Below the pieces are notes generated by a model. It did not search any database and was not told the DNA's origin. It was given only the letters and a program-made list of their open reading frames with translations. A stretch of DNA of 43,000 nucleotides from Gemmatimonadales bacterium (GTDB lineage Bacteria > Gemmatimonadota > Gemmatimonadetes > Gemmatimonadales > Gemmatimonadaceae): contig JBBSVF010000001.1 of the NCBI GenBank assembly GCA_038233745.1, positions 1 through 43,000 on the forward strand, given 5' to 3'. Shown piece after piece: positions 17,110-25,462 of this stretch (position 1 is the first letter of the stretch; every line of letters begins with the position of its first letter). The translations under genes and the position numbers were made by a program.

Positions 17110-18779
17110 GCGACCACTCGTTCACGGCCGGTGCGCGCACCGTGCGTGCGCCGCGCGGTACAACGATTTCCTGCAAGGGCTGGGCGCAGGAGGCGGCGTT
17201 GCGCATGCTGATGAACAACCTGGATCCGGACGTGGCCGAACGGCCGGACGAGCTGGTGGTGTACGGGGGAACCGGGCGCGCCGCGCGCAGCTGGGCGGCA
17301 TTCGACGCCATTGTCGCCGAGCTGCGCGCTCTGGAGAATGACGAGACACTGCTGGTGCAGAGCGGCAAGCCGGTGGGGGTGTTTCGCACGCATGCCGGTG
17401 CTCCGCGCGTCCTGATCGCCAACTCCAATCTCGTGGGCCGCTGGGCCACCTGGGATCACTTTCGCGAGCTCGAACGACAGGGACTCATGATGTACGGGCA
17501 GATGACTGCCGGCTCGTGGATCTACATCGGCTCGCAGGGGATCGTGCAGGGCACGTACGAGACCTTCGGAGCCGTCGCACGCCGTCACTTCGGTGGAACG
17601 CTCTCAGGTCGCCTGGTGGTCACCGCCGGGCTCGGGGGCATGGGTGGCGCACAGCCGCTCGCCGCCACGATGCACGGCGCAACCGTTCTCGCCTTCGAGG
17701 TTGATGAGTCTCGCATCGACCGCCGCATCAGCACGCGCTACTGCGATTACAAGGCGGCCTCGCTCGAGGACGGTCTGGTGCGGGCCGACGCGAGCCGGCG
17801 CGCCGGTCGTGCGGAGAGCATCGCCGTGGTGATGAACGCGGCGCCGGCGCTGGAAGCGCTCGCGGCGCGCAGCATCACGGTGGATGTGCTCACGGATCAG
17901 ACGAGCGCTCACGACATGCTGCAAGGCTACATCCCTGACGGCATGTCGCTGGACGCGGCCGATCAACTCCGCGTGCGCGATCCGGCGGACTACATCGCCC
18001 GCAGCACGGCCACCGCCGTGCGCCATGTGCGGGCCATGCGCGCGCTACAGGACGCCGGTGCCATCACATTCGATTACGGCAACAACATCCGCACCGTGGC
18101 GCTCGACGCCGGCGTGTCGGACGCGTTCCGGATTCCGGGCTTCATCCCCGAATACATCCGGCCGTTGTTCTGTGAGGGCAAGGGTCCCTTTCGCTGGGTG
18201 GCGCTGTCGGGTGAGCCGGCGGACATCGCGCGCACGGACGCGCTGGCACTGGAGCTGTTCCCGCACGACGAGCATCTGCGGCGCTGGCTGGAACTGGCGC
18301 GCGAACGCATCGCCTTCCAGGGACTCCCGGCCCGCATCTGCTGGCTGGGGCAGGGCGATCGTGCGCAATTTGGCGTGGCGATCAACGACCTCGTCGCGCG
18401 TGGTGAACTGTCTGCACCCATCGCGATCGGGCGCGATCACCTGGACACGGGCAGCGTGGCCTCGCCCTTCCGCGAAACCGAGGGCATGCGCGACGGCACC
18501 GACGCCGTGGCCGACTGGCCGATCCTGAACGCGCTGCTGAACGTGGCCAGCGGCGCGTCGTGGGTCTCCTTTCATCACGGCGGTGGCGTGGGCATCGGCA
18601 ACTCGCTGCACGCAGGGCAGGTGATCGTCGCCGACGGTACCGATGCCATGCGCGAACGCCTCGAACGCGTACTCACGAATGATCCCGGCATCGGGGTCAT
18701 CCGTCATGCCGATGCCGGATACGAACCGGCGCACGAGACGGCGCGGCGCGCAGGGCTCGTGATTCCGATGAACCGCTAG
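17106..18779 (+). CDS. hutU: Urocanate hydratase
   Basis: It is 557 aa long and carries '[15 protein letters not shown]'. The GTGA overlaps hutH. Confidence 0.95.
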   Translation: MSDHSFTAGARTVRAPRGTTISCKGWAQEAALRMLMNNLDPDVAERPDELVVYGGTGRAARSWAAFDAIVAELRALENDETLLVQSGKPVGVFRTHAGAPRVLIANSNLVGRWATWDHFRELERQGLMMYGQMTAGSWIYIGSQGIVQGTYETFGAVARRHFGGTLSGRLVVTAGLGGMGGAQPLAATMHGATVLAFEVDESRIDRRISTRYCDYKAASLEDGLVRADASRRAGRAESIAVVMNAAPALEALAARSITVDVLTDQTSAHDMLQGYIPDGMSLDAADQLRVRDPADYIARSTATAVRHVRAMRALQDAGAITFDYGNNIRTVALDAGVSDAFRIPGFIPEYIRPLFCEGKGPFRWVALSGEPADIARTDALALELFPHDEHLRRWLELARERIAFQGLPARICWLGQGDRAQFGVAINDLVARGELSAPIAIGRDHLDTGSVASPFRETEGMRDGTDAVADWPILNALLNVASGASWVSFHHGGGVGIGNSLHAGQVIVADGTDAMRERLERVLTNDPGIGVIRHADAGYEPAHETARRAGLVIPMNR

Positions 18780-19768
18780 TGCTCTCCTCGCGCTTCAAGC
18801 CGTGGCACGTGCCGCTCTTCCTCGCCAAGTACGGATGGATGGCGGCGCGCCGGCGGCCCCTGCTGGTGCACTTCGAAGTCACGATGCGTTGCAACGCGCG
18901 CTGCGGCTTCTGCGATTACTGGAAGACGCCAGCGGAGGCCAAGGCTCACGAGTTGACGAGTTTCGCCGATGCGGCGCGGCACTTCAATCCGATGCTCGTG
19001 ACCTTTACCGGCGGTGAGCCGCTGATGCGTCGCGACCTCGAGGATCTCGTGGCGGCGGTAGACGCTGAGGTACGCCTCAAGTATACCACGCTGATTACAC
19101 ATGGTGGCATGCTTACCGTCCAGCGGGCCCTCTCGCTCCGCGACGCCGGGATCCATCAGTTCAACATCTCGCTCGATTACCTGGATGGCCGCCATGACAC
19201 GGCTCGCGGAATCCCGGGTCTCACGGAGCGCATCTTCGCCGCGGTGGATGGCATGCGCGCCGCCGGTGTCGACAACATCCGCTTCAACACGGTGATCAAG
19301 GACGACAACCTCGATGAACTGATGCCGATCGTGGCGCGCGCGGCATCGCTGGGATGCGGCGTGAACTTCAGCGTGTACACCGACGGCAAGAATGGCAACG
19401 CCGTGCATCGCCTGGGTGCCCCGCAGCAGGTCCACCTCGAGTCCACCGTCCGCGAGCTGCTGGCCTTCAAGCGCGCTCGTCGCGGCGTGATCACCAACTC
19501 CGATGCCTACCTGGAGCGCATTCCGCAGTGGACCGCAGGGACACTGAACGAACCCTGCCGGGCCGGAGAGCGCACCATTCACATCGACCCCACGGGACAT
19601 GTGAAACGCTGCCCGGATTTCCCCACTGATTTCCACTGGCGCGACTTCCAGAAGTATGAGCCGATCGCGTGCAATGCCTGCTTCTATGCCTGCCGCGGGG
19701 AAGCGCAGGCCCCGCTGCGGCTGTCGCGCGTGCGCGACGTGATGGGCACTGCGCGCATGCCCGCGTGA
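18779..19768 (+). CDS. Radical SAM enzyme with a C-terminal SPASM/twitch-like Cys cluster; function unknown
   Basis: It has the CX3CX2C motif 'MRCNARCGFCDYW', the motif 'FTGGEPLM', and C-terminal 'CRAGERTIHIDPTGHVKRC' (CX12GX4C) plus 'CNACFYAC'. The GTG start overlaps the hutU TAG, and the stop overlaps the hutI GTG. Confidence 0.85.
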   Translation: MLSSRFKPWHVPLFLAKYGWMAARRRPLLVHFEVTMRCNARCGFCDYWKTPAEAKAHELTSFADAARHFNPMLVTFTGGEPLMRRDLEDLVAAVDAEVRLKYTTLITHGGMLTVQRALSLRDAGIHQFNISLDYLDGRHDTARGIPGLTERIFAAVDGMRAAGVDNIRFNTVIKDDNLDELMPIVARAASLGCGVNFSVYTDGKNGNAVHRLGAPQQVHLESTVRELLAFKRARRGVITNSDAYLERIPQWTAGTLNEPCRAGERTIHIDPTGHVKRCPDFPTDFHWRDFQKYEPIACNACFYACRGEAQAPLRLSRVRDVMGTARMPA

Positions 19769-21045
19769 GCGTCACCGTCGTGCACAATTGCGCGCAGGTG
19801 GTGACGGCTCGCGGCCCTGCACGCGCACGTCGCGGGCCCGAGATGTCGGAGCTGGAGATCCTCACCGATGTCGCTGTGGCCTTCGATGACACCGGCATTC
19901 TCGCCGTGGAACCCGAACGCGACATCCTGGCCCGCTACCCGAACGCCGAGGTGGTCGACGCGGACGGTGGCGTGCTCACACCGGGCTTCGTGGACTCGCA
20001 CACGCACGCCGTCTTCGGCCGCCCGCGCTTCGAGGAACAGGAGCTCCGCGCCGCCGGCGTCGACTACATGGAGATAGCGCGACGCGGTGGCGGCATCCAC
20101 GCCTCTGTCGCCGACCTTCGGACACGGTCGGATGACGAACTGCTCGCACTCGCCGTACCGCGATTGCGAGCGCTCGCGGCGAGTGGCGTGACCACGGTCG
20201 AGGTGAAGTCCGGCTACGGACTCACGGTGCATGACGAGATCAGGACGCTGCGCGTGATCCGCTGCCTCGGCGAGGCGCTGCCCATGCGCCTGATTCCCAC
20301 CTTCCTGGGGGCGCACGAGATTCCGCACGAGTACCGCGGGCGTCCCCATGGGCGGCGCGAGTACATCGAGCTCATCGTGCAGGAGATGCTGCCGCAGGTG
20401 TCCGCCGCATCACTCGCCCGCTTCGCGGACGTCTTCTGCGAGCCGGGCGTCTTCACCGTGAGCGAGTCGCGAGAAATTCTCGCGGCAGCGCGCGGCGCGG
20501 GTCTGGGCATCAAGCTGCATGCGGACGAGCTGGAGTCGGGAGGGGCGGCCGAATTGGCCGCCTCGCTCCATGCGACCTCCGCGGATCATCTTGCCGCGGT
20601 GAGCGACGCCGGCATCGCCGCGCTCGCCGCTGCCGGCACCGTCGCAACGCTGCTGCCGGGGACGATGCTCTTTCTCGGGCGCACCCGGCAGGCGCCCGCG
20701 CGCCGGCTCATCGACGCCGGCGTATCCGTGGCCCTCGCCACCGACTTCAATCCCGGCACCTCGCCCACCACGAACTTTCCCCTGATTCTCACATTGGCCG
20801 TGAGCCAGTTGCGGATGAGCGTTGCAGAGGCGCTGACCGCCGCCACTGTGAATGGGGCTGCAGCGCTCCGACTGGCGGAGACAACCGGCCAGATTGCGCC
20901 GGGCTTTTCGGCGGATCTGGTCCTCTGGCCGGCAACGGATGTGCGCGAGCTGCCGTACTGGTACGGACGGGGGTGGTGCACACGCTCCTGGGCACGTGGC
21001 AAACCTTGTCACGACCATGACTTAACACTAGGTTTTGCACGCTGA
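19765..21045 (+). CDS. hutI: Imidazolonepropionase (the 3' end may be affected by a frame change; see findings)
   Basis: It carries the metal ligands 'GFVDSHTHAVFG' and the motif 'IKLHADELES'. The start was chosen at the GTG at 19765 (GTGA overlap), not at the 19669 extension. Confidence 0.9.
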   Translation: MSVTVVHNCAQVVTARGPARARRGPEMSELEILTDVAVAFDDTGILAVEPERDILARYPNAEVVDADGGVLTPGFVDSHTHAVFGRPRFEEQELRAAGVDYMEIARRGGGIHASVADLRTRSDDELLALAVPRLRALAASGVTTVEVKSGYGLTVHDEIRTLRVIRCLGEALPMRLIPTFLGAHEIPHEYRGRPHGRREYIELIVQEMLPQVSAASLARFADVFCEPGVFTVSESREILAAARGAGLGIKLHADELESGGAAELAASLHATSADHLAAVSDAGIAALAAAGTVATLLPGTMLFLGRTRQAPARRLIDAGVSVALATDFNPGTSPTTNFPLILTLAVSQLRMSVAEALTAATVNGAAALRLAETTGQIAPGFSADLVLWPATDVRELPYWYGRGWCTRSWARGKPCHDHDLTLGFAR

Positions 21046-21099
21046 CTCCCCGTCTCCCGAGAGGCAGGGGACGCCTTCTCGTGGAGCCTGCCCTCGCTG

Positions 21100-23814
21100 A
21101 TGCCCGACGTCGTCAAGCTCAAGAAGAAGGCCGCTGAACTCGAGCTCAAGAAGCAGTTCGACAAGGCTCTGGCGATCTACGTCGGGATCCTCGACGGCTA
21201 CAGCGCGTCCGATGACGACGTGGACGTCGCGCTCTACAATCGTGTGGGCGACCTGTACCTCAAGCAGGGCAACACCGCCGATGCGGTGGACTATTACGAG
21301 CAGGCGGTTGATCGATACGCGGAGGGCGGCTTCTTCAACAACGCCATCGCCCTCTGCAACAAGATTCTCCGCAGCTCGCCCGGCCGCGCGAGTGTCTACT
21401 ACAAGCTCGGGAAGATCAGCGCGCAGAAGGGGTTCAAGAGCGACGCGAAGGTCAACTTTCTCGAGTACGCCGACCGGATGCAGCAGGTTGGCAAGATCGA
21501 CGAATCCTTCCGCGCGCTGAAGGAGTTCGCCGACCTCTGTCCGGATCAGGACGACATACGCCTGATGCTGGCCGAGCAGCTCGCAAAGAAGGACCGCAAG
21601 GCCGAGGCGATCGAACAGCTCCAGCTCCTGCACGAGCGCTACGCGCAGGAGGGACGGGAGATCGAGGCCCGTGCAGCATTCGACCGCATGAAGGCCATCG
21701 ATCCCAGCGCAGAGCCGCGTACCGGGAGCACAAGCGCCGCCGCAGAGGGCGGCGGACTCGTGTTCCTGGATCTGGGCGACGCGACTCGCGGACGCGCGCA
21801 CAGCGCGATGCGTCGCGCGGTGGACGGACTGGATATCCTCGATACGGGTGAGCAGCCGCGCGTCGCATCCGGTTTGTCGCCAGCAGTACCGGCAGCATCA
21901 GCACCGGCATCAGCCCCCGCATCAGCGGCACCAGCCTCAGCGTCTCCCGCTCGCCCGGCGCCTCCGCCCGAGCCGGAGCTGCTCGAGATGCCCTCGCTCG
22001 AGCCGGCAGTCCTCGACGCGATCACCCAGGTCGAGGACCACACCGAACCGGGAGCGCTCCCGATCGACAGCGGACTGCTCGATGGACTCGAAACGACGTC
22101 GCTCGGCGGCGACAGCGCCGCGATGGCGAGTGGAAGCCTCCTGGATTTCGAACCCACGAGCTTCACACCACCCGTCGCGAATCCGTCGGTGGCCGATGAG
22201 CTGCTCGTGGACTTCGATCTCCCGAGAGGGGAGTCGGCCGAGGCGCCAGAGCTGCTCGACATGGACTTCGACGCTGACGTCGGCAGCGAGGACGAGTTCG
22301 CGTCACCACCGGGCGAGCTCCCGATGCTCACGGACGATCTGCCCATGTTCGCGGACGATCTGCCGATACGCTCGGACGACCTTCCCATGCTCACCGACGA
22401 CCTGCCCATGCTGGTCGACGATGACGCGGCGACGGTGGAGGACGACGACGAGCACGACGTGATCGGTGGGGACCTGGAGTTGTTCATGCCGGGCGACGAC
22501 GCATCGGAGTCTGCCGATGCGACGGACATCGACGACTCGAGCGACACGCTGCCGCTGCTGGACTTCGAGCTGCCGATGCCGGGCGAAGCGGAACGTAGCC
22601 TCGAACCAGTGTCGCCCCCCGCGAGCGAGTCATTTGAGGACACGCCCGCCGATCCGGACGATGATCACGAATCGCAGGAAGATGATCTCCGGCTCACCGA
22701 TCCCGAGCTCGCCATCATCCCCACGCCACCCGCCGCACGGCGCAGCTCGACGCTCATGGCCGAACAGTCGGTGGAGCTGCTGCAGGCGTTGGTGGACGAT
22801 GCGCCGGAGGATTTCGGCCTGCGGCGCCGTCTCGCGGAAACGATGCTGGAGTCCGGCGATCGCCAAGGTGGACTGCGCGAGCTCGAAGTGGCCATGGTGG
22901 GCTTCGAACGCGGCGACGATCTGGTGTCGGCAGCGAAGATCGCCGATGAGATCGTGTTGCTGCATCCCGACTCGGTGCGCCACCATCAGAAGCGGGTGGA
23001 GTACGCCTTCCGGACGAACGAGGGCGGGCGCTTGATCGACGCGTACCTCGAGCTGGCCGACGCACTGTTCCGCGCAGGGCAGGTGGACAAGAGCCGTGCG
23101 ATCTACCAGCGGGTGATCGATCTCTCACCGGACGACCTGCGCGCGCAGACCGCGCTGGAGAGCTTCCCCGCCATCGAGGAGCCGGCCCCGACGGCCGCCG
23201 CACGGCAGCGTCCGTCGTCCGCTGTGATCCGGCCCTCCCAGGGCACCTCGACGGCGGCGATCCCGGGGCCACGCCCCGACGACGAGGGCTTTGTGAACCT
23301 CGGCGACTGGCTGCGCGACGATGAGGCGCCGAAGGACACGCGCATGATCGTGGAGGAGAAGGAGCCCTCCGGCGACGAGGAGGCCGATTTTCAGGAGATG
23401 CTGCGCAAGTTCAAGCAGGGCATCGCCGAGAACGTGGAGGACGAGGATCATCAGAGCCACTACGATCTTGGAGTGGCGTTCAAGGAAATGGGCCTGGTGG
23501 ACGAGGCGATCGCCGAGTTCCAGAAGGCGCTGCGCGCTCCCAGCAACCGGGTGCCCACGTACGAGATGCTCGGCCAGTGCTTCATGGACAAGAAGCACTA
23601 TCCCATGGCCGCCACCATCCTCTCCCGCGCGCTGTCCGACGGCGGACTGGGTGACAACCAGCTGGTGGGGGTACTCTATCTTCTCGGCCGCGCCGCCGAA
23701 GAACGAGGCCAGCACGCGCAGGCCGTGGAGTATTATTCACGGGTGTTCGTCGTCGACATCCAGTTCCGTGACATTGGCGAGCGGCTCTCCGCCGCCGAGG
23801 GCGCTGCACGATGA
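21100..23814 (+). CDS. Large TPR-repeat protein with a central acidic, Pro/Asp/Glu-rich disordered region
   Basis: It is 904 aa long. The N-terminal TPR-like helices include 'YNRVGDLYLKQGNTADAVDYYEQAV'. The centre is about 350 aa of low complexity. The C-terminal TPRs include 'HYDLGVAFKEMGLVDEAIAEFQKALR'. Codon position 3 is strongly G/C throughout. Confidence 0.85.
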   Translation: MPDVVKLKKKAAELELKKQFDKALAIYVGILDGYSASDDDVDVALYNRVGDLYLKQGNTADAVDYYEQAVDRYAEGGFFNNAIALCNKILRSSPGRASVYYKLGKISAQKGFKSDAKVNFLEYADRMQQVGKIDESFRALKEFADLCPDQDDIRLMLAEQLAKKDRKAEAIEQLQLLHERYAQEGREIEARAAFDRMKAIDPSAEPRTGSTSAAAEGGGLVFLDLGDATRGRAHSAMRRAVDGLDILDTGEQPRVASGLSPAVPAASAPASAPASAAPASASPARPAPPPEPELLEMPSLEPAVLDAITQVEDHTEPGALPIDSGLLDGLETTSLGGDSAAMASGSLLDFEPTSFTPPVANPSVADELLVDFDLPRGESAEAPELLDMDFDADVGSEDEFASPPGELPMLTDDLPMFADDLPIRSDDLPMLTDDLPMLVDDDAATVEDDDEHDVIGGDLELFMPGDDASESADATDIDDSSDTLPLLDFELPMPGEAERSLEPVSPPASESFEDTPADPDDDHESQEDDLRLTDPELAIIPTPPAARRSSTLMAEQSVELLQALVDDAPEDFGLRRRLAETMLESGDRQGGLRELEVAMVGFERGDDLVSAAKIADEIVLLHPDSVRHHQKRVEYAFRTNEGGRLIDAYLELADALFRAGQVDKSRAIYQRVIDLSPDDLRAQTALESFPAIEEPAPTAAARQRPSSAVIRPSQGTSTAAIPGPRPDDEGFVNLGDWLRDDEAPKDTRMIVEEKEPSGDEEADFQEMLRKFKQGIAENVEDEDHQSHYDLGVAFKEMGLVDEAIAEFQKALRAPSNRVPTYEMLGQCFMDKKHYPMAATILSRALSDGGLGDNQLVGVLYLLGRAAEERGQHAQAVEYYSRVFVVDIQFRDIGERLSAAEGAAR
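22318..22422 (+). repeat. Intragenic tandem repeat, 5 x 21 nt, encoding LPMLTDD / LPMFADD / LPIRSDD / LPMLTDD / LPMLVDD
   Basis: The units at 22318, 22339, 22360, 22381 and 22402 were read directly and are in frame with the TPR gene. A smaller 12-nt periodicity (GCATCA-containing, encoding PASAPASAPAS) lies at about 21889-21939. Confidence 0.9.
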
Positions 23815-24818
23815 GCGCTGCGGCCGCGCATGCGCGCACGCCAATGACTGCCGCGCTTGCGGAGATCCAGGCACCGGTGTCGGCGCGGCTCGAGCAGGTG
23901 ATCGAAGAGATGCGCCGCATTGTCACCGCCGACCTTCCGCTCATCGAACAGGTGAGCGGTCATCTGCTGCAGATGCGTGGCAAGATGTTCCGCCCCACGC
24001 TTGCCTTGCTGGCGAGCGCCACCGATGACGCGCCGGACGAACGTGCCATCACGCTCGCCGCCGTGCTGGAGCTGATGCATCTCGCGTCGCTCGTACACGA
24101 CGATTCCGTGGACCACTCGGCGCTCCGCCGCGGGTTGCCCACCGTGAACTCGCTGTTCAGTCACCAGGTGAGCGTCATCATGGGTGACTTTCTGTACTCG
24201 CGCGCCCTCGAGGCACTGGTGCAGCTGGGTGACATCGAGCTCCTGCGCGTGCTCACGAGCGTCTCCACGCAACTCACGGTGGGCGAGATGCGGCAACTCA
24301 GCGCCGTCGACGCGCTCACCTTTGGTGTAGACGACTACGACGCGCTCATCCAGGCGAAGACCGCGTCCCTCCTGAGTGCCTCCTGCGAGACCGGTGCGCT
24401 GTGCGGTGCGGCGCGCCATCGCGCGGCGCTGGCGCGGTACGGCGAACGCCTGGGCATGGCGTTTCAGGTGGCCGATGACATTCTCGACTACACCGAAACA
24501 GCGAGTGTCACGGGAAAGCCGTCTGGACTCGACTTGCGCGAACACAAGGTCACGCTACCGCTCATTCTGGCCCTCCCGGAATTCGACGCTTCAGCCCGGC
24601 AACGTGTGGACGCCCTGTTCGCCACCGATGAGCCCTCGTCAATGCAGATCGCCGAAGTGGTGGCGCTGGTGACGGAGGCTGGCGGGATCGACGCCGCACG
24701 CCGCCGTGGTGAGCAGTTCGCGCGGGCAGCGGAAGACGCACTGGCATCCCTGCCCGATACGTCGGCGCGCGCAGCGCTCGCCGACGCCATCCTCTACGTC
24801 ACAGACCGGCGGTCCTGA
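23811..24818 (+). CDS. Long-chain trans-polyprenyl diphosphate synthase (IspB/HepT-like)
   Basis: It has the two Asp-rich motifs 'LVHDDSVDHSALRRG' and 'FQVADDILDY'. The ATGA overlaps the upstream TPR gene. Confidence 0.9.
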   Translation: MSAAAAHARTPMTAALAEIQAPVSARLEQVIEEMRRIVTADLPLIEQVSGHLLQMRGKMFRPTLALLASATDDAPDERAITLAAVLELMHLASLVHDDSVDHSALRRGLPTVNSLFSHQVSVIMGDFLYSRALEALVQLGDIELLRVLTSVSTQLTVGEMRQLSAVDALTFGVDDYDALIQAKTASLLSASCETGALCGAARHRAALARYGERLGMAFQVADDILDYTETASVTGKPSGLDLREHKVTLPLILALPEFDASARQRVDALFATDEPSSMQIAEVVALVTEAGGIDAARRRGEQFARAAEDALASLPDTSARAALADAILYVTDRRS

Positions 24819-25099
24819 TGGCCTCTCGCGGATCTTCCGGACGTCGTCCGGTGTTTCATGCTGTCACTCTCGCCATCGGCTTCGTGGTCGGAGGCGCACT
24901 GACCCAGGTGGCTCGGCGTTTTCTCCCGCCGGGCGCGGTGAAGGAGTTCTTCACCACCGGAGTCACGCCGTCGCTGGGGCCGGTTACGATGGATCTCGTG
25001 ATCCTGAAGCTCTCCCTCGGTCCCGTAGCGCTCGATGTCAGTCTTCTGAGTCTGCTCGGCGTGCTCATTGCATATCTCATCGCCAGATCGCTTTTCTAA
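24818..25099 (+). CDS. Small (93 aa) two-TM membrane protein, possibly DUF4321-like
   Basis: It has hydrophobic segments 'VTLAIGFVVGGAL' and 'LLSLLGVLIAYLIA', and good codon-3 GC. The ATG overlaps the upstream TGA. The family name is from memory only. Confidence 0.6.
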   Translation: MASRGSSGRRPVFHAVTLAIGFVVGGALTQVARRFLPPGAVKEFFTTGVTPSLGPVTMDLVILKLSLGPVALDVSLLSLLGVLIAYLIARSLF

Positions 25100-25108
25100 G
25101 GAGCTTAT

Positions 25109-25372
25109 ATGTTCGGCAACCTGGGTATGGGCGAGTTGATGGTCATTCTGGTCATCGTACTCGTGTTGTTCGGCGCCAAGCGCATTCCGGAAATCAGTGC
25201 CTCGTTCGGCAAGGGTATCCGGGAGTTCAAGAAGAATGTCAACGATGTGGAGCGGTCCATCTCGGAGCCCGAGCCGCGTGTGGAGCCTCGCCTGGGTGCG
25301 GGAGAGCCGGTGATTCGCCGCGAGACGGCTGCTGCTGACGATGTCCACCCGGAGCCGAAGCGCCTGATCTGA
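25109..25372 (+). CDS. tatA: Twin-arginine translocase subunit TatA/E
   Basis: It carries 'GMGELMVILVIVLVLFGAKRIPE...GKGIREFKK'. A strong SD (AAGGAG) lies upstream. Confidence 0.93.
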   Translation: MFGNLGMGELMVILVIVLVLFGAKRIPEISASFGKGIREFKKNVNDVERSISEPEPRVEPRLGAGEPVIRRETAAADDVHPEPKRLI

Positions 25373-25394
25373 TCGGCCTGCTGCACGACGAATG

Positions 25395-25434
25395 GACGAA
25401 GGGCCTCCCGGACTGCCTCGGGAGGCCCTTCGTC
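25395..25434. terminator. Bidirectional terminator hairpin between the convergent tatA and ppiD-like genes
   Basis: The perfect 16-bp stem GACGAAGGGCCTCCCG / CGGGAGGCCCTTCGTC has an 8-nt loop. It is located in the 90-nt convergent spacer. Confidence 0.7.
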
Positions 25435-25462
25435 ATTCAATCGGCCAGGCCGTGACCGAGGC

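Noticed and set aside
21639-22643. A Ser-rich 334-aa minus-strand ORF. A similar one lies at 27752-28837, and another at 28482-29645.
   Set aside because: These are the antisense reading of the Asp/Glu/Leu/Pro-rich repeats in the two TPR/acidic proteins (GAC, GAG and CTC read backwards give Ser, Val and Glu runs). They have no independent start context or motifs.
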